In this document: piece by piece, positions 1 to 8,462 of the stretch
Position numbering within the stretch: position 1 is the stretch's first letter
How the letters are laid out: each line of letters starts with the position of its first letter
IMG/VR virus record: IMGVR_UViG_3300023296_000874
Span: 31,594 to 95,593 of that record
Length of the DNA stretch: 64,000 nt
Source of the DNA: a virus
Strand: one strand, 5' to 3'
Notes under the pieces: generated by a model
The model's database searches: none
Told to the model about the DNA's origin: nothing
What the model saw: only the letters and a program-made list of their open reading frames with translations
Made by a program: the position numbers and the translations under genes

Positions 1-215
1 CGGCCACGTCTTTCGCGTCCTTCATGCCCATCCCCAGGTCCCGCATGGTCCGGATGACTTCCATCCGGTCACCGCCTGTGATGGTGACCGTTCCACGGTC
101 GTCAGGGACCATCTTCTGAACCCAGCCACGCTGGAGCACCTCGTTGCAGAGGTCGGTCATCTCCTCGAAATCGAGGGTGGCAAGGTAGTCTGCTACTTCT
201 TCACGGGTCGGCATG
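1..215 (-). CDS. Partial (N-terminal part only; C-terminus beyond window start). L7/L12 C-terminal-domain-like protein, paralog of 218..655
   Basis: ATG at 213-215 on the minus strand. Translation MPTREEVADYLATLDFEEMTDLCNEVLQRGW...TVTITGGDRMEVIRTMRDLGMGMKDAKDVA carries the bL12 CTD signature K/R-[IM]-x-V-I-[KR]-x-x-R-x-x-[TG]-G-x-G-[LM]-K-[ED]-A-K-D. Confidence 0.6.
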
Positions 216-217
216 GT

Positions 218-655
218 TCAGCCCTCGTCGAATAGAAGAGTGGTTCGGTTCAGCGGTCCGGGCTCAACGTACTCAGCCTCGGCCTCGGGGATTTGTCCCT
301 GTTCACCACCCGGCGTCAGGTCGTAGCGCGCACCGATCCTGTCGAGGATCCCAACAATCTCCGGCTCACGGTCTACACCGTCTCGGTCCGTAGGGATCGG
401 GAAAGTCCAGGGGTTGCGGGCAAGGTCCTCGGAGCGTACCTTGGATTCCTTGAGGCCCTCTCCAGTCACGGATCGGATCAGCTTGATGAGCTGGATCTTG
501 TTGTCACCGAAGGTGTGTACCGTGAGGGTGGTCGGACCGAACTTCTTCACCTTGATCTGCTGCCACCCCGCGCGGATAGCCTCGTTGCAGATGTCCTCGA
601 TGTCGAGGATCTCACACTGAGCGAGGTAGCTGACCACTTCTTCACGGGTTGTCAT
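218..655 (-). CDS. L7/L12 C-terminal-domain-like protein (novel N-terminal region); tandem paralog of 1..215
   Basis: TLTVHTFGDNKIQLIKLIRSVTGEGLKESKV matches the bL12 CTD ([23 protein letters not shown]). N-terminus MTTREEVVSYLAQCE...CNEAIRAGW is shared with the neighbouring paralog. Confidence 0.65.
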   Translation of the reverse strand: MTTREEVVSYLAQCEILDIEDICNEAIRAGWQQIKVKKFGPTTLTVHTFGDNKIQLIKLIRSVTGEGLKESKVRSEDLARNPWTFPIPTDRDGVDREPEIVGILDRIGARYDLTPGGEQGQIPEAEAEYVEPGPLNRTTLLFDEG

Positions 656-904
656 CTACATAGTCCAGAGGAAGAAGGAGCCGGACGCCAGGATGGTGAA
701 CACCAGACGCCAGCCCCAACCCAACGTGACGAGGGCCTGCGTGCGCTGGTAGAAGGTCACGTTGCGGAAGGATGCGGGCTGGTTGGAGTGCAGCCATGCG
801 TAGGCGAAGAAGCTGAACAGGTAGGAGGCGAGGATCACCGCGAAGATTTGAGCATCCGAGGCTCCAGCAGTGATTTGGGTGGCGGTGTCTAAGTCCATGT
901 CCAT
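656..904 (-). CDS. Small membrane protein (2 predicted TM helices). Start revised to MDMDLD; the ORF-track N-terminal extension is unlikely
   Basis: Hydrophobic segments IFAVILASYLFSFFAYAWL and LVFTILASGSFFLW. The upstream gene stops at 907. Confidence 0.5.
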   Translation of the reverse strand: MDMDLDTATQITAGASDAQIFAVILASYLFSFFAYAWLHSNQPASFRNVTFYQRTQALVTLGWGWRLVFTILASGSFFLWTM

Positions 905-906
905 GT

Positions 907-1152
907 CTACCTCATCAGAGCTGATGCGCTCATTCGGGTGCGGATGCGGCCCCAACGGGCCTTCTGGAATTTGTAGGAGGCAGCGATGTAGTCGGTACAG
1001 AGCTCGCGCACCACGTCGTATCCGAGGTCGAACGCCGCTGCCCCCTGCCATGCCTCGTCGGCCTTGCGCATTGCTGCGTGGAGATCGAGGAGGGTCTGGT
1101 CGCCACCGAAGTAGGCGAGGTCTCGAGGTGCGATGGCGGTGTACTTATACAA
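907..1152 (-). CDS. Hypothetical protein
   Basis: 81-aa ORF. A promoter-motif copy lies 23 nt upstream. Tightly coupled to the downstream gene. Confidence 0.5.
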   Translation of the reverse strand: MYKYTAIAPRDLAYFGGDQTLLDLHAAMRKADEAWQGAAAFDLGYDVVRELCTDYIAASYKFQKARWGRIRTRMSASALMR

Positions 1153-1174
1153 TTCGTGCTCCGTGCTACTCCTT

Positions 1175-1205
1175 CAACGCCTTTCGTAGCGTGAAAGTCA
1201 GAGCC
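1175..1205 (-). promoter_or_regulatory. Phage promoter-like motif (plus strand CAACG-N17-GTCAGAGCC; minus strand CTCTGAC-N17-CGTTG), 23 nt upstream of the gene starting at 1152
   Basis: Member of a motif family with at least 19 copies. Confidence 0.45.
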
Positions 1206-1704
1206 TTTCGGAATAGATTGCGACACTGGCTCGAACAGCGTCTTCTTCGTCCGCCCGTCGGAGGGTGAGCAGTAGGCGGACGTGACCATCTACATGCCCT
1301 TTGAATCCACTTGCCTGATCGGCTTCTTTCCGGGCACTGATGAGCGCGTTAGCCATCCCACGGGAGGTCTCGCCACGCAAGGAGCGTATAGAGATCATGA
1401 GGACTGAGTGGGCTCCACGCACCCGTTCGAACTTACCGATACTGAATCCCTTCAGGTTACTTGAGTCCCACCCGTCGATGAGTAGCTCCCTTCGGTCCAC
1501 GGATATCAGGGAGATAGCCCATGAGGTGTGAGTGTACGCTTCGAGCTTCGCCCACACCTCAACCTGACGCAGCAACCCGCTGAGCTTCAGGGCAGTCAAG
1601 GGCGGCGTGAACACAAGGTCTGGGAACTCTGGAGGCGGGACGGGCTCGCCGTCTTCCCCCATCAGCTCTTCGAGCCTCGCATGTTGCTCTGATTCTTCAG
1701 GCAT
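1198..1704 (-). CDS. Hypothetical protein, paralog A of 1712..2191. Start revised to MPEESEQHARLEELMGEDG
   Basis: N-terminal and core similarity to the adjacent ORF (ARLEELMGED...P.PP.FPDL vs SRLDELMGDT.DPHPFPDL, ...GWD). Confidence 0.55.
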   Translation of the reverse strand: MPEESEQHARLEELMGEDGEPVPPPEFPDLVFTPPLTALKLSGLLRQVEVWAKLEAYTHTSWAISLISVDRRELLIDGWDSSNLKGFSIGKFERVRGAHSVLMISIRSLRGETSRGMANALISARKEADQASGFKGHVDGHVRLLLTLRRADEEDAVRASVAIYSERL

Positions 1705-1711
1705 GTGGTCC

Positions 1712-2191
1712 TCAATAGAGTGGCTTGGATCCGAAGCCCACGAAAGCGGGGCGCACTTCTTCCTCGTCCCTTGCCACGTAGAGCAGGAGTCGGGGGTGTG
1801 GATACTTCTCAAGGTCTGGGGGCTTGTCTCTCTTGGACTTAGCCGTCAGGGCTCGCACGGCGGCTTTCGCCTTGGGGTCCTTGTAGAGGCTGGTGCGAAC
1901 GGCAAGATAGAACCGGTTGGCTGCCGATGACCATGCCAGCTCACCAAGGCCGGGGAGGGTCAGTAGGCGTTCCTCATCCCATCCCGCCACTACCAACTCA
2001 CGGCGAATCGCGTTGGGCATTCCCACCTTGAAGTTCAAGCTACGTCCAGTCCAGAGCTCCACCTCGTAAAGGATCGCAAGGAGCTGCTCGATGGTCATGG
2101 GAGACGTGTAGCGAAGATCGGGGAACGGATGGGGATCCGGGGTGTCGCCCATCAACTCGTCGAGTCGACTATGCTGTTCGGTCTCTTCCAT
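1712..2191 (-). CDS. Hypothetical protein, paralog B. Possibly leaderless (CGTTG -10-like element ends 7 nt before the ATG)
   Basis: 159-aa ORF. MEETEQHSRLDELMGD N-terminal motif. A promoter-like motif sits immediately upstream. Confidence 0.6.
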   Translation of the reverse strand: MEETEQHSRLDELMGDTPDPHPFPDLRYTSPMTIEQLLAILYEVELWTGRSLNFKVGMPNAIRRELVVAGWDEERLLTLPGLGELAWSSAANRFYLAVRTSLYKDPKAKAAVRALTAKSKRDKPPDLEKYPHPRLLLYVARDEEEVRPAFVGFGSKPLY

Positions 2192-2198
2192 GTGAGCT

Positions 2199-2229
2199 CA
2201 ACGTGCCTACTTGCACGGAACTCAGGCAG
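2199..2229 (-). promoter_or_regulatory. Promoter-like motif, weaker upstream half (CAACG-N17-CTCAGGCAG); -10-like element ends 7 nt before ATG 2191 (leaderless configuration?)
   Basis: Motif family. Confidence 0.3.
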
Positions 2230-2647
2230 CCATTTCATCTCTTGCTTCGGCGTAGTGGAGCGGGCACTCAACCACGCCATACACGGGGTCGCACCGGACG
2301 TAGCCCATGTCGGAGGTCGGGTTGATGGTCAGCGACACGCCGAACAGGGTGCTTGCCGCCGCGTCCGTGAACTCTACGAACCGGTTCTCGTCAGAGTTGA
2401 CGAGATCGCGATACATGCGGGAGCTGAGCTCCACGGAGTCCACACGGAGGTCCCACCGCTCAATCTGAGCGAATGCGGTAGCCATCACCTCAACGGTCAG
2501 AACATCAAAGACCATCGGGTCAGGACGGCGCTCCAACTCCCGAATCAGGGCGCGGCGGGTGTCGCTCATTGGAGGCTGGTTCAGGTATACGGCAGGGGAA
2601 GGGACCGTCTGCCGTACTTGAACATCTATGCTGACTACAGAGTACAT
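2222..2647 (-). CDS. Hypothetical protein (true start may be the internal MSDTRRAL near 2569)
   Basis: ORF track; no recognisable domain. Confidence 0.45.
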   Translation of the reverse strand: MYSVVSIDVQVRQTVPSPAVYLNQPPMSDTRRALIRELERRPDPMVFDVLTVEVMATAFAQIERWDLRVDSVELSSRMYRDLVNSDENRFVEFTDAAASTLFGVSLTINPTSDMGYVRCDPVYGVVECPLHYAEARDEMAA

Positions 2648-2686
2648 GAGCCCTCGAACAGCCCATGCACCCCGCAGCCCGCAAAT

Positions 2687-3874
2687 CTACACGGAGAGTT
2701 CTGGGCGCTCACCCTCGGGGATCGCCCTCCAGTGCCTCTTGATGGTAGCTACCAGCGCCGAGTCGTCGAAGTTGGTGTACTTCTCAGGGTAGTCGGCGGC
2801 GAGCTTGTGGAGCCTACCGAGGTACTCAACGGTCTGGTCGTAGAGCTTCCGCGCGGGCGGGCGCTCCCACAGCACGGAGATCTTGCGACGCTCTGCCTCA
2901 GAGGTGTCACCCTCGTCCACCATATCCTCGAGCCGGTCGTACTCCTCGTCGGTGATGATGCGGTTGCCGTCCGCGTCCTCAAGGTCGTGGTCGTAGGCCG
3001 TCTCGACATCCACCTCATCGCTCAGGCGGATGAGGCGTGTGGCACCCACAAGGAAGGATGCGTCGTCCTCCTGCCACCCGTGACACTCCTCGTGCTCACC
3101 GCTGTTGCCGATGGGCATGGGTGGCATGGTCATGTCGGTCCAGTCGTAGAACTGCACGAAGTAGGGTCCGCCCCAATGGCATCCTTCAGCCGCAATCATG
3201 GTGCCGTCCTTGTTGGGCGTAGCGTTCACCCAGCAGAAGCCGCCACCGAAGTAGGCTTCGGAAGGGCTGAAGCTGTACTTCTCGTGCGTTGCGAGGTTGA
3301 TGGACGTCTGTCCCATGTAGCTCTCGCCGCTGAGCAGCCAGTTCCCATCCTCGCGGTACACCCACTCATGCCACAGGCTCGAGTAGTTCCGGCGCACCTC
3401 GTTGACGTAGAGCCACGTCCCGAGTGCCATCTTGAACACGGTGCCCTTGGTGTAGGCCCAGCATCCGGGCGTGGTCTTGTGGCTGGTGATGACAATCTTG
3501 TAGGCACCGTCCGGGCTCAGTACCTCCTTGGGGTCATCCGAGGCGTTGGCATCGCTGAAGTAGAAGTCGTTCCACGCGGCGTCGTACTTCTCCTTCTCGT
3601 CCTTGCTGACGATCAGGGTCCAGAGCTCCTTCAGGCTGTCACGCCAAGGGCTTCCGCTACGTGCGGCAGATGCAGCCTCGTACTCCACCCGGCGAGGGTC
3701 GTCCTCGGGGAGGCTGCTGCTGTTGGTGATGCCATTGTCGAAGATGGCAGAGCGAGCGGTGTTGAAGCGCTCGTACTTGGCTTGCGCGTCTGCTCGGCTC
3801 TCGAGCTTGTGCTTGTGGTACTGAGCCAGTGGAAGGCTCATCTTGAAGTCAAAGTGCGGGGTCAGGTTGTCCAT
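2687..3874 (-). CDS. Hypothetical protein, 395 aa
   Basis: Long ORF with an acidic C-terminal region; no family recognised. Confidence 0.6.
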   Translation of the reverse strand: MDNLTPHFDFKMSLPLAQYHKHKLESRADAQAKYERFNTARSAIFDNGITNSSSLPEDDPRRVEYEAASAARSGSPWRDSLKELWTLIVSKDEKEKYDAAWNDFYFSDANASDDPKEVLSPDGAYKIVITSHKTTPGCWAYTKGTVFKMALGTWLYVNEVRRNYSSLWHEWVYREDGNWLLSGESYMGQTSINLATHEKYSFSPSEAYFGGGFCWVNATPNKDGTMIAAEGCHWGGPYFVQFYDWTDMTMPPMPIGNSGEHEECHGWQEDDASFLVGATRLIRLSDEVDVETAYDHDLEDADGNRIITDEEYDRLEDMVDEGDTSEAERRKISVLWERPPARKLYDQTVEYLGRLHKLAADYPEKYTNFDDSALVATIKRHWRAIPEGERPELSV

Positions 3875-3957
3875 TAGGATCTCCGTAGTTGGTTGAGTGT
3901 TCTCAGCGTTTTTCGGGTGGAGATCCTCGGGAGGGTCTCGAGCTTAGGTGTGGGGCA

Positions 3958-4254
3958 TCAGTCATCCTCAAACAGCACGAAGGGCTGCCAGTCAGCGGCG
4001 TGGAACTTGGAGTGAAGGGTCTGTTCGTAGCAGGGAGGGCTACAGCGCCCACACCTGCCGCTCGTCACCCACACCTTGTAGACACCAGGCTTGGTGAACT
4101 CAAAGTCGGTGAAGTCTGCGTAGTGGTCAATGCTGCGGAAATCAGCCTTGGAGCTGAAGCGGTAGAGCCGGTGCTCGCCTGTCTGCAAGCTGTCGTTCTC
4201 CCAATCTTCCTCGTCTTCGTTGGTTTCCCACGAGCTGTCGTACAAGGGCTTCAC
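3958..4254 (-). CDS. Hypothetical protein, acidic termini (C-terminus ...FVLFEDD)
   Basis: ORF track. Confidence 0.45.
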   Translation of the reverse strand: MKPLYDSSWETNEDEEDWENDSLQTGEHRLYRFSSKADFRSIDHYADFTDFEFTKPGVYKVWVTSGRCGRCSPPCYEQTLHSKFHAADWQPFVLFEDD

Positions 4255-4612
4255 GATGTGCTCCCGTACTTGCGCTGAAGGGTGGCGAGCTGGCTACGCT
4301 CACGGCGCTCCTCGGCTTTCTTCTGGTCAGCCGCACGCTGCTCCCTCTCCTCTTGTGCCTTGCGCTCACGGGCCTCTCTCGCGACGTGAGCACGCTGCAT
4401 GTCGTGGTCGAGCAGGTCAGCGATGCTGATGTACTCGGTACGGGTCTCGGGTCCACAACAGGAGCACTGGTACTCCTGAGTGGTCAGCGTGGCTCCACCC
4501 TCGTCAATCTCGTCGATGTCCCAATAGGCAGGGAACTCACTGTCGACGTCGTGGCGTGTGCGGGTGTAGCTCTGGATGAGAGTGTCGAGATCGGAGGCGG
4601 CTTGGAACATCG
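4251..4612 (-). CDS. Hypothetical protein with a CSCCG motif and a Lys/Glu/Arg-rich C-terminal tail. Start revised to MFQAASD
   Basis: The ORF-track N-terminus overlaps the upstream gene (ends 4640). An internal ATG at 4610-4612 is preceded by that gene's stop. Confidence 0.5.
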
Positions 4613-4639
4613 CCTCGAGCTGGGCTTCGGTGTGGATGC

Positions 4640-5278
4640 TCACTTCGCACCTCCACTCAGAGCCTGCCGAATGGCCTGGCTGTCGAGATCCTCTTCGAGG
4701 AGCATCTCGAGGCGCTGCATGTTGCCGGGGTTGCCGAGGATCGCGTTGGCGGCTGCTGCCGCTCCAGTACCACAAGCCTCGTTCAACCGGCCACGGAGGG
4801 CGTACTCATCGTCGCACCCGTCGAGCAACTCCTCGAGCTTGGCGCTCTTCATGGAGGCACGGGCAAGCTGAGCTGCGGTACGTCCGAAGGCTTGGCGCAC
4901 TTGCTCACGGATGAGCTCGCGCATCTCGGTCTTGATCCACTGTTCGTTCGCGATCGTGCTCAAGGAACCCCACCGGCTACCGATCTCTCGGGTCAGCTTG
5001 TCCTTGGCAGCCTTTTCGGCATCCTTCGTGGCTTGGGAGATCGCGTCGGTGGTGGCGGTGTTGATCCGCTTGGTGGCTTCGGCAACGGCCTCCGTGCGGA
5101 GGGTGCGAAGCTCGGAGCGCGCCTCGGAGCTCTCAGCGAGGGTTTCGTTGCGGTAGTCCGCACCGATGTCCTTCTTGAGTTCGTCCCAGAACTGGCGGCT
5201 CTTACAGAGGTTGGCAGAGATGTCGGCGGCAGCGAGAGTTTCGATCTTGTCGCTGTCGAGGGTGAAGTTGGCGTCCAT
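4640..5278 (-). CDS. Hypothetical coiled-coil protein
   Basis: 212-aa ORF. Promoter-motif copy 5409-5438 lies ~130 nt upstream. Confidence 0.6.
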   Translation of the reverse strand: MDANFTLDSDKIETLAAADISANLCKSRQFWDELKKDIGADYRNETLAESSEARSELRTLRTEAVAEATKRINTATTDAISQATKDAEKAAKDKLTREIGSRWGSLSTIANEQWIKTEMRELIREQVRQAFGRTAAQLARASMKSAKLEELLDGCDDEYALRGRLNEACGTGAAAAANAILGNPGNMQRLEMLLEEDLDSQAIRQALSGGAK

Positions 5279-5408
5279 TTTGAAGTATCCGTAGTAGTGA
5301 GTGAAGGTGTAGCTTGTGAAAACTGCACGATCCTCTACGGAGGCTTCTTGTGGGGTCCTTACGTCTCTGCGATCCGGGTCATTGGTCTGCCTCTTGTTGT
5401 GTCCCCTC

Positions 5409-5438
5409 TAACGGGGAGCGGCACTCAGAAGTTAGAGG
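5409..5438 (-). promoter_or_regulatory. Promoter-like motif TAACG-N17-GTTAGAGG (palindromic variant CCTCTAACG...GTTAGAGG)
   Basis: Motif family. Confidence 0.45.
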
Positions 5439-5461
5439 CCGTTCACGAAGTTCGAACTCTT

Positions 5462-5716
5462 TCAGGGTAGCGCGGCGATCTCTTCATCGTTCAGGAAGAG
5501 GCTGCACCCGTCAGAGTCCCACCCGAGCTTCCGAAGCGCCTCTTCGGTCTCAAGGTGGATGGTCACACGGTCCTCAAGAGAGCCACCCGCTATGAAGGCG
5601 TGGATCCTGTCGGAGTGTTGGCCCGCGTCGGAAGGGTCGTCGGGGTCGCGCTGAACGCACTCCGCTCCAATGCCTTCCTTGCACCGTGGGCAAGCAATGT
5701 GGTCTGAAATCGGCAT
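5462..5716 (-). CDS. Small Cys-containing protein (CPRC...C), putative zinc ribbon
   Basis: MPISDHIACPRCKEG...AECV. Confidence 0.45.
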   Translation of the reverse strand: MPISDHIACPRCKEGIGAECVQRDPDDPSDAGQHSDRIHAFIAGGSLEDRVTIHLETEEALRKLGWDSDGCSLFLNDEEIAALP

Positions 5717-5938
5717 CTATCCCTCAGCCACCGCGCCACTGATGAGCACGATGGGACACAGGTTGCACTGCTTGATGTTCACTATGTCACCTTCAGGCCC
5801 GAAGTTGATCTCCCAGCGAGTGCCCGTGGGCTCCGCTACGACACGACGTTGGCTGATGGCGCTGAAGTGGTGTACGCCGGTCCGCTTGAGTTCTTCGGCG
5901 GTCCAGTGATGGCCGCATCCTTGGCATGTAGTGGTCAT
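5717..5938 (-). CDS. Small zinc-ribbon-like protein (CQGCGHHW ... CNLCP)
   Basis: Two CxxC pairs. Confidence 0.5.
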   Translation of the reverse strand: MTTTCQGCGHHWTAEELKRTGVHHFSAISQRRVVAEPTGTRWEINFGPEGDIVNIKQCNLCPIVLISGAVAEG

Positions 5939-5956
5939 GGTCTCTCAAACAAGCTG

Positions 5957-6229
5957 TCAGGCTGAAGGTTGCGTGCCGCCCGGCTTTTCTTGCTCCACCA
6001 GCTTGTAGTGCTTCATGTTCGTCATGAAGTTGTTGTAGAGAGCCCAGTTGTCCTGCTTGGACTTGATAAGGGTTCGCTCTTTCATCCGCTTGATCAAACC
6101 GGCAATCTCGGGCCTTGTGAGTGGCCGGTCGAAGTGCGTCTGCGCCGCCATGACGTTTCCGAAGATGATGGCGTTGATTGAGCGTGCTGATTTGAACGGC
6201 GACGGGCCGCTGATCCAGAAGGTTTTCAT
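5957..6229 (-). CDS. Hypothetical protein
   Basis: ORF track. Confidence 0.45.
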   Translation of the reverse strand: MKTFWISGPSPFKSARSINAIIFGNVMAAQTHFDRPLTRPEIAGLIKRMKERTLIKSKQDNWALYNNFMTNMKHYKLVEQEKPGGTQPSA

Positions 6230-6307
6230 CGTTTTCTACTCCCTGTTGGTCGTAGAACGTGTGAACCTCCATGAGATCGGCGAACCCGGTTCGCGGTCAT
6301 ACTGGTT

Positions 6308-8059
6308 TCAGGCTGCAGCCGCCGCCACACACTGCTCGGGGTACCACTTGCGGAGCGTGTTGAGGAACTGGTAGCTGAGTTGGTCAGCGGGGCGTCGGCT
6401 CTTCGCCATGCCGGAGGCAACCACCGCAGCGGCAATCCGCTCCACGTCGGCTTCCGTCCACGCGCCTTGGGTCACGAGGGTCACCCAGATGCTGTGGTTG
6501 ATGCCGCGCCTGTAGGGGTTCTCACCCTTCAGGAGGTAGGAGGCAGAGGCCGGGTCAACAGCCGCAACGGGCGGGGCAGCAACCGGCTTGTCGCCGTCCA
6601 CTTCCTTGTAGAGGCCCGCGTAGTCCTTGAGGTTGTTGTAGAACTGGTACCCGATCTGGTCAGCGGGTCGCCGGGTCTTGATCGTGCCCGCGTCAATCAA
6701 CTGCTGAGTCACCGCGTCCACGTCGTCCCGTGTCCACGTACCCAGCGCAACCAACGCAGCCCAGATGCTGAAGTTGATGCCCCGTCGGTACGGGCTCGCT
6801 CCACAGAAGGCGTAGCGCACGGGCGTCGGCACGTTCACCGCGAGGCCTGTGATCACGGTCGCACGGGTCACCGCTGCTGCAACCACGTCACCCGGCATCA
6901 CCGGGTTCTCTTCGGCACGCTCGATGGCCTTGTAGCCACGGGCGGTCTCGATGAACCCCCAGGCAATGCCGTCAGCCGGGCGTCGGGATTTGATCGCGCC
7001 GCTGTCGAGCAGTGCGTCCACCGTGGTCAGGAGGTCGTTGAAGTCGAAGGTGCCACGGGTCACGAGGGCGTCGTAGATGGGGTGGCTACCTGCCCAATGC
7101 TTGTACGGGTTCGGGATGCCTACGAAGCGGTAGCGTGTGCGCGCAGCGTGCTGAACTGCGCGGCCCCCTCGGGTATTACCGTTGGGGGCCGCTGTCTCTC
7201 CGATTGCTTCCTTCTCAAGTGCCACTGCCACGAAGGTTCCAGCTACCTCTTCGGGGCTGCGGCGGGAGGCGAACTTGCCTTGATCCATCAGTCGCCCGGT
7301 GATCACCACAATCTCCCGCATCGTCACTGGGTTCCCGATGGCGTTCAGGGTGTCCCACAACACGTAGCACGAGCCTCGCTGGAAGGGGTTGTCGCCCTTC
7401 ACGAGGTACACCGGGCCGACGGAGGTGCTTGTGCGCTTCCGCTTGCTCGGCTTGGCTCCGTCCCTGGTCACCGCGAGGTACTCGGTGATGAGGGCGTGGA
7501 GGCTCTTCACGCGGTAGTGGATGGTCTCCTTGCGCTTGCCGATGATCCGGCTGATGTCTGCCGGGCGGTAGCCCATGGTCCGCAGGATGAAGGTGGGGAG
7601 GAACGCGGGCTTGCGCTCCGCGATGTACCGAATGAGATCCGATTCCACCACCTCTGCCGGAATGCTGAGCTCCGAGAGGTTGCTGGTCTGCTGCAACCGG
7701 TCGAGGTCCACCGTGCCGCGAGCGGGCTCGGAGTCGTCCGAGGGCACCGAGAGGCTCATGGCGTTGGTGTTGGCGTCCCGGTTGTCCTTCTTCCAGCCGT
7801 TCACGAGGCAGTTCCGGATGGTCGTACCGAGGTACGAACGGAACTGACGCGGAGTCATCAGCCCCGCATCTACCTTCTCCTTCACACGGGGGAAGAAGTT
7901 GGACGCCATGCAGTGAATGATGATGTCCTGGAACTTGTCGTCGATGTCCTCTTCGGGAACCTTCTGTCCACGCAGTCCACCGATGATGTACTTGCGGAAT
8001 GCCATGAGCTGGTTGACGTCCGTCGGGACGAAGTCCGTCTCGGTGTGTGTGCGTGCCAT
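6308..8059 (-). CDS. ECF-type sigma factor domain (regions 2 and 4) fused to a ~370-aa C-terminal extension of four tandem ~65-aa repeats
   Basis: Region 2.x-like FRSYLGTTIRNCLVNGWKKDNRD (cf. FxxWLxxIARNxxIDxxRK). Region 4-like LPTFILRTMGYRPADISRIIGKRKETIHYRVKSLHAL. Four repeats NP[YF][RQ]RG[IS]...W..LV..G.WT..DV......L..SG..K[ST]RRPADQ..YQF. Own promoter-motif copy 36 nt upstream. Confidence 0.7.
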   Translation of the reverse strand: MARTHTETDFVPTDVNQLMAFRKYIIGGLRGQKVPEEDIDDKFQDIIIHCMASNFFPRVKEKVDAGLMTPRQFRSYLGTTIRNCLVNGWKKDNRDANTNAMSLSVPSDDSEPARGTVDLDRLQQTSNLSELSIPAEVVESDLIRYIAERKPAFLPTFILRTMGYRPADISRIIGKRKETIHYRVKSLHALITEYLAVTRDGAKPSKRKRTSTSVGPVYLVKGDNPFQRGSCYVLWDTLNAIGNPVTMREIVVITGRLMDQGKFASRRSPEEVAGTFVAVALEKEAIGETAAPNGNTRGGRAVQHAARTRYRFVGIPNPYKHWAGSHPIYDALVTRGTFDFNDLLTTVDALLDSGAIKSRRPADGIAWGFIETARGYKAIERAEENPVMPGDVVAAAVTRATVITGLAVNVPTPVRYAFCGASPYRRGINFSIWAALVALGTWTRDDVDAVTQQLIDAGTIKTRRPADQIGYQFYNNLKDYAGLYKEVDGDKPVAAPPVAAVDPASASYLLKGENPYRRGINHSIWVTLVTQGAWTEADVERIAAAVVASGMAKSRRPADQLSYQFLNTLRKWYPEQCVAAAAA

Positions 8060-8094
8060 TGAATCTGTACCCCTTTTTCGGTCTTGTCACAGCG

Positions 8095-8126
8095 TAACGA
8101 ACTGAGCCTACGAGAAACTCAGAGCC
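8095..8126 (-). promoter_or_regulatory. Promoter-like motif TAACG-N18-CTCAGAGCC, 36 nt upstream of the sigma-factor gene
   Basis: Motif family. Confidence 0.45.
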
Positions 8127-8222
8127 TTTATTGCCCAACCACAGGCATCGTCACACAGGTTTGTCGGGTGGCGCAGTATTGTAACGGCATGACCCGTTTC
8201 ACAAAAGCGCATTCTATGAAGT

Positions 8223-8462
8223 CTACTGAAGTTTCACCCCTTGTGCAACCCAAAAACCGGCACGCCAGTTCTCGATGGACAGGGCCTTGATCTCTCTGCC
8301 TGTCTCGAGTGGGAAGTCCAAGCCGTCCGCAAGCAATGTGGGCACGAATACCCGGTAGAGCTTGGTGAAGGATTGAAGGTTCAGGAACACACCATCGTCG
8401 GCGGAATCTACCTTGACGATGTTGCCCTTGATTTCGATCGGGTTCGAGTGCTTGGTTGGCAT
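8223..8462 (-). CDS. Hypothetical protein
   Basis: ORF track. Confidence 0.4.
   Translation of the reverse strand: MPTKHSNPIEIKGNIVKVDSADDGVFLNLQSFTKLYRVFVPTLLADGLDFPLETGREIKALSIENWRAGFWVAQGVKLQ

Noticed and set aside
2129-3877. 582-aa plus-strand ORF (and similar long plus-strand ORFs: 6380..8062, 19424..20245, 20664..21476, 22887..24194, 24362..26182, 27263..28051, 29033..30184, 31230..32513, 32784..34277, 46547..47650, 49549..51867, 54601..55605, 62549..63538)
   Set aside because: Each lies antisense to a minus-strand gene that has clear domain signatures. Their translations are low-complexity, Arg/Gly/Val/His-rich and typical of GC-rich shadow frames. Long antisense ORFs are expected because high GC suppresses stop codons.
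7215-8138. 307-aa minus-strand ORF overlapping the sigma-factor gene in another frame
   Set aside because: Out-of-frame overlap with a well-supported gene. Pro/Arg/Gly-rich translation with no motifs.
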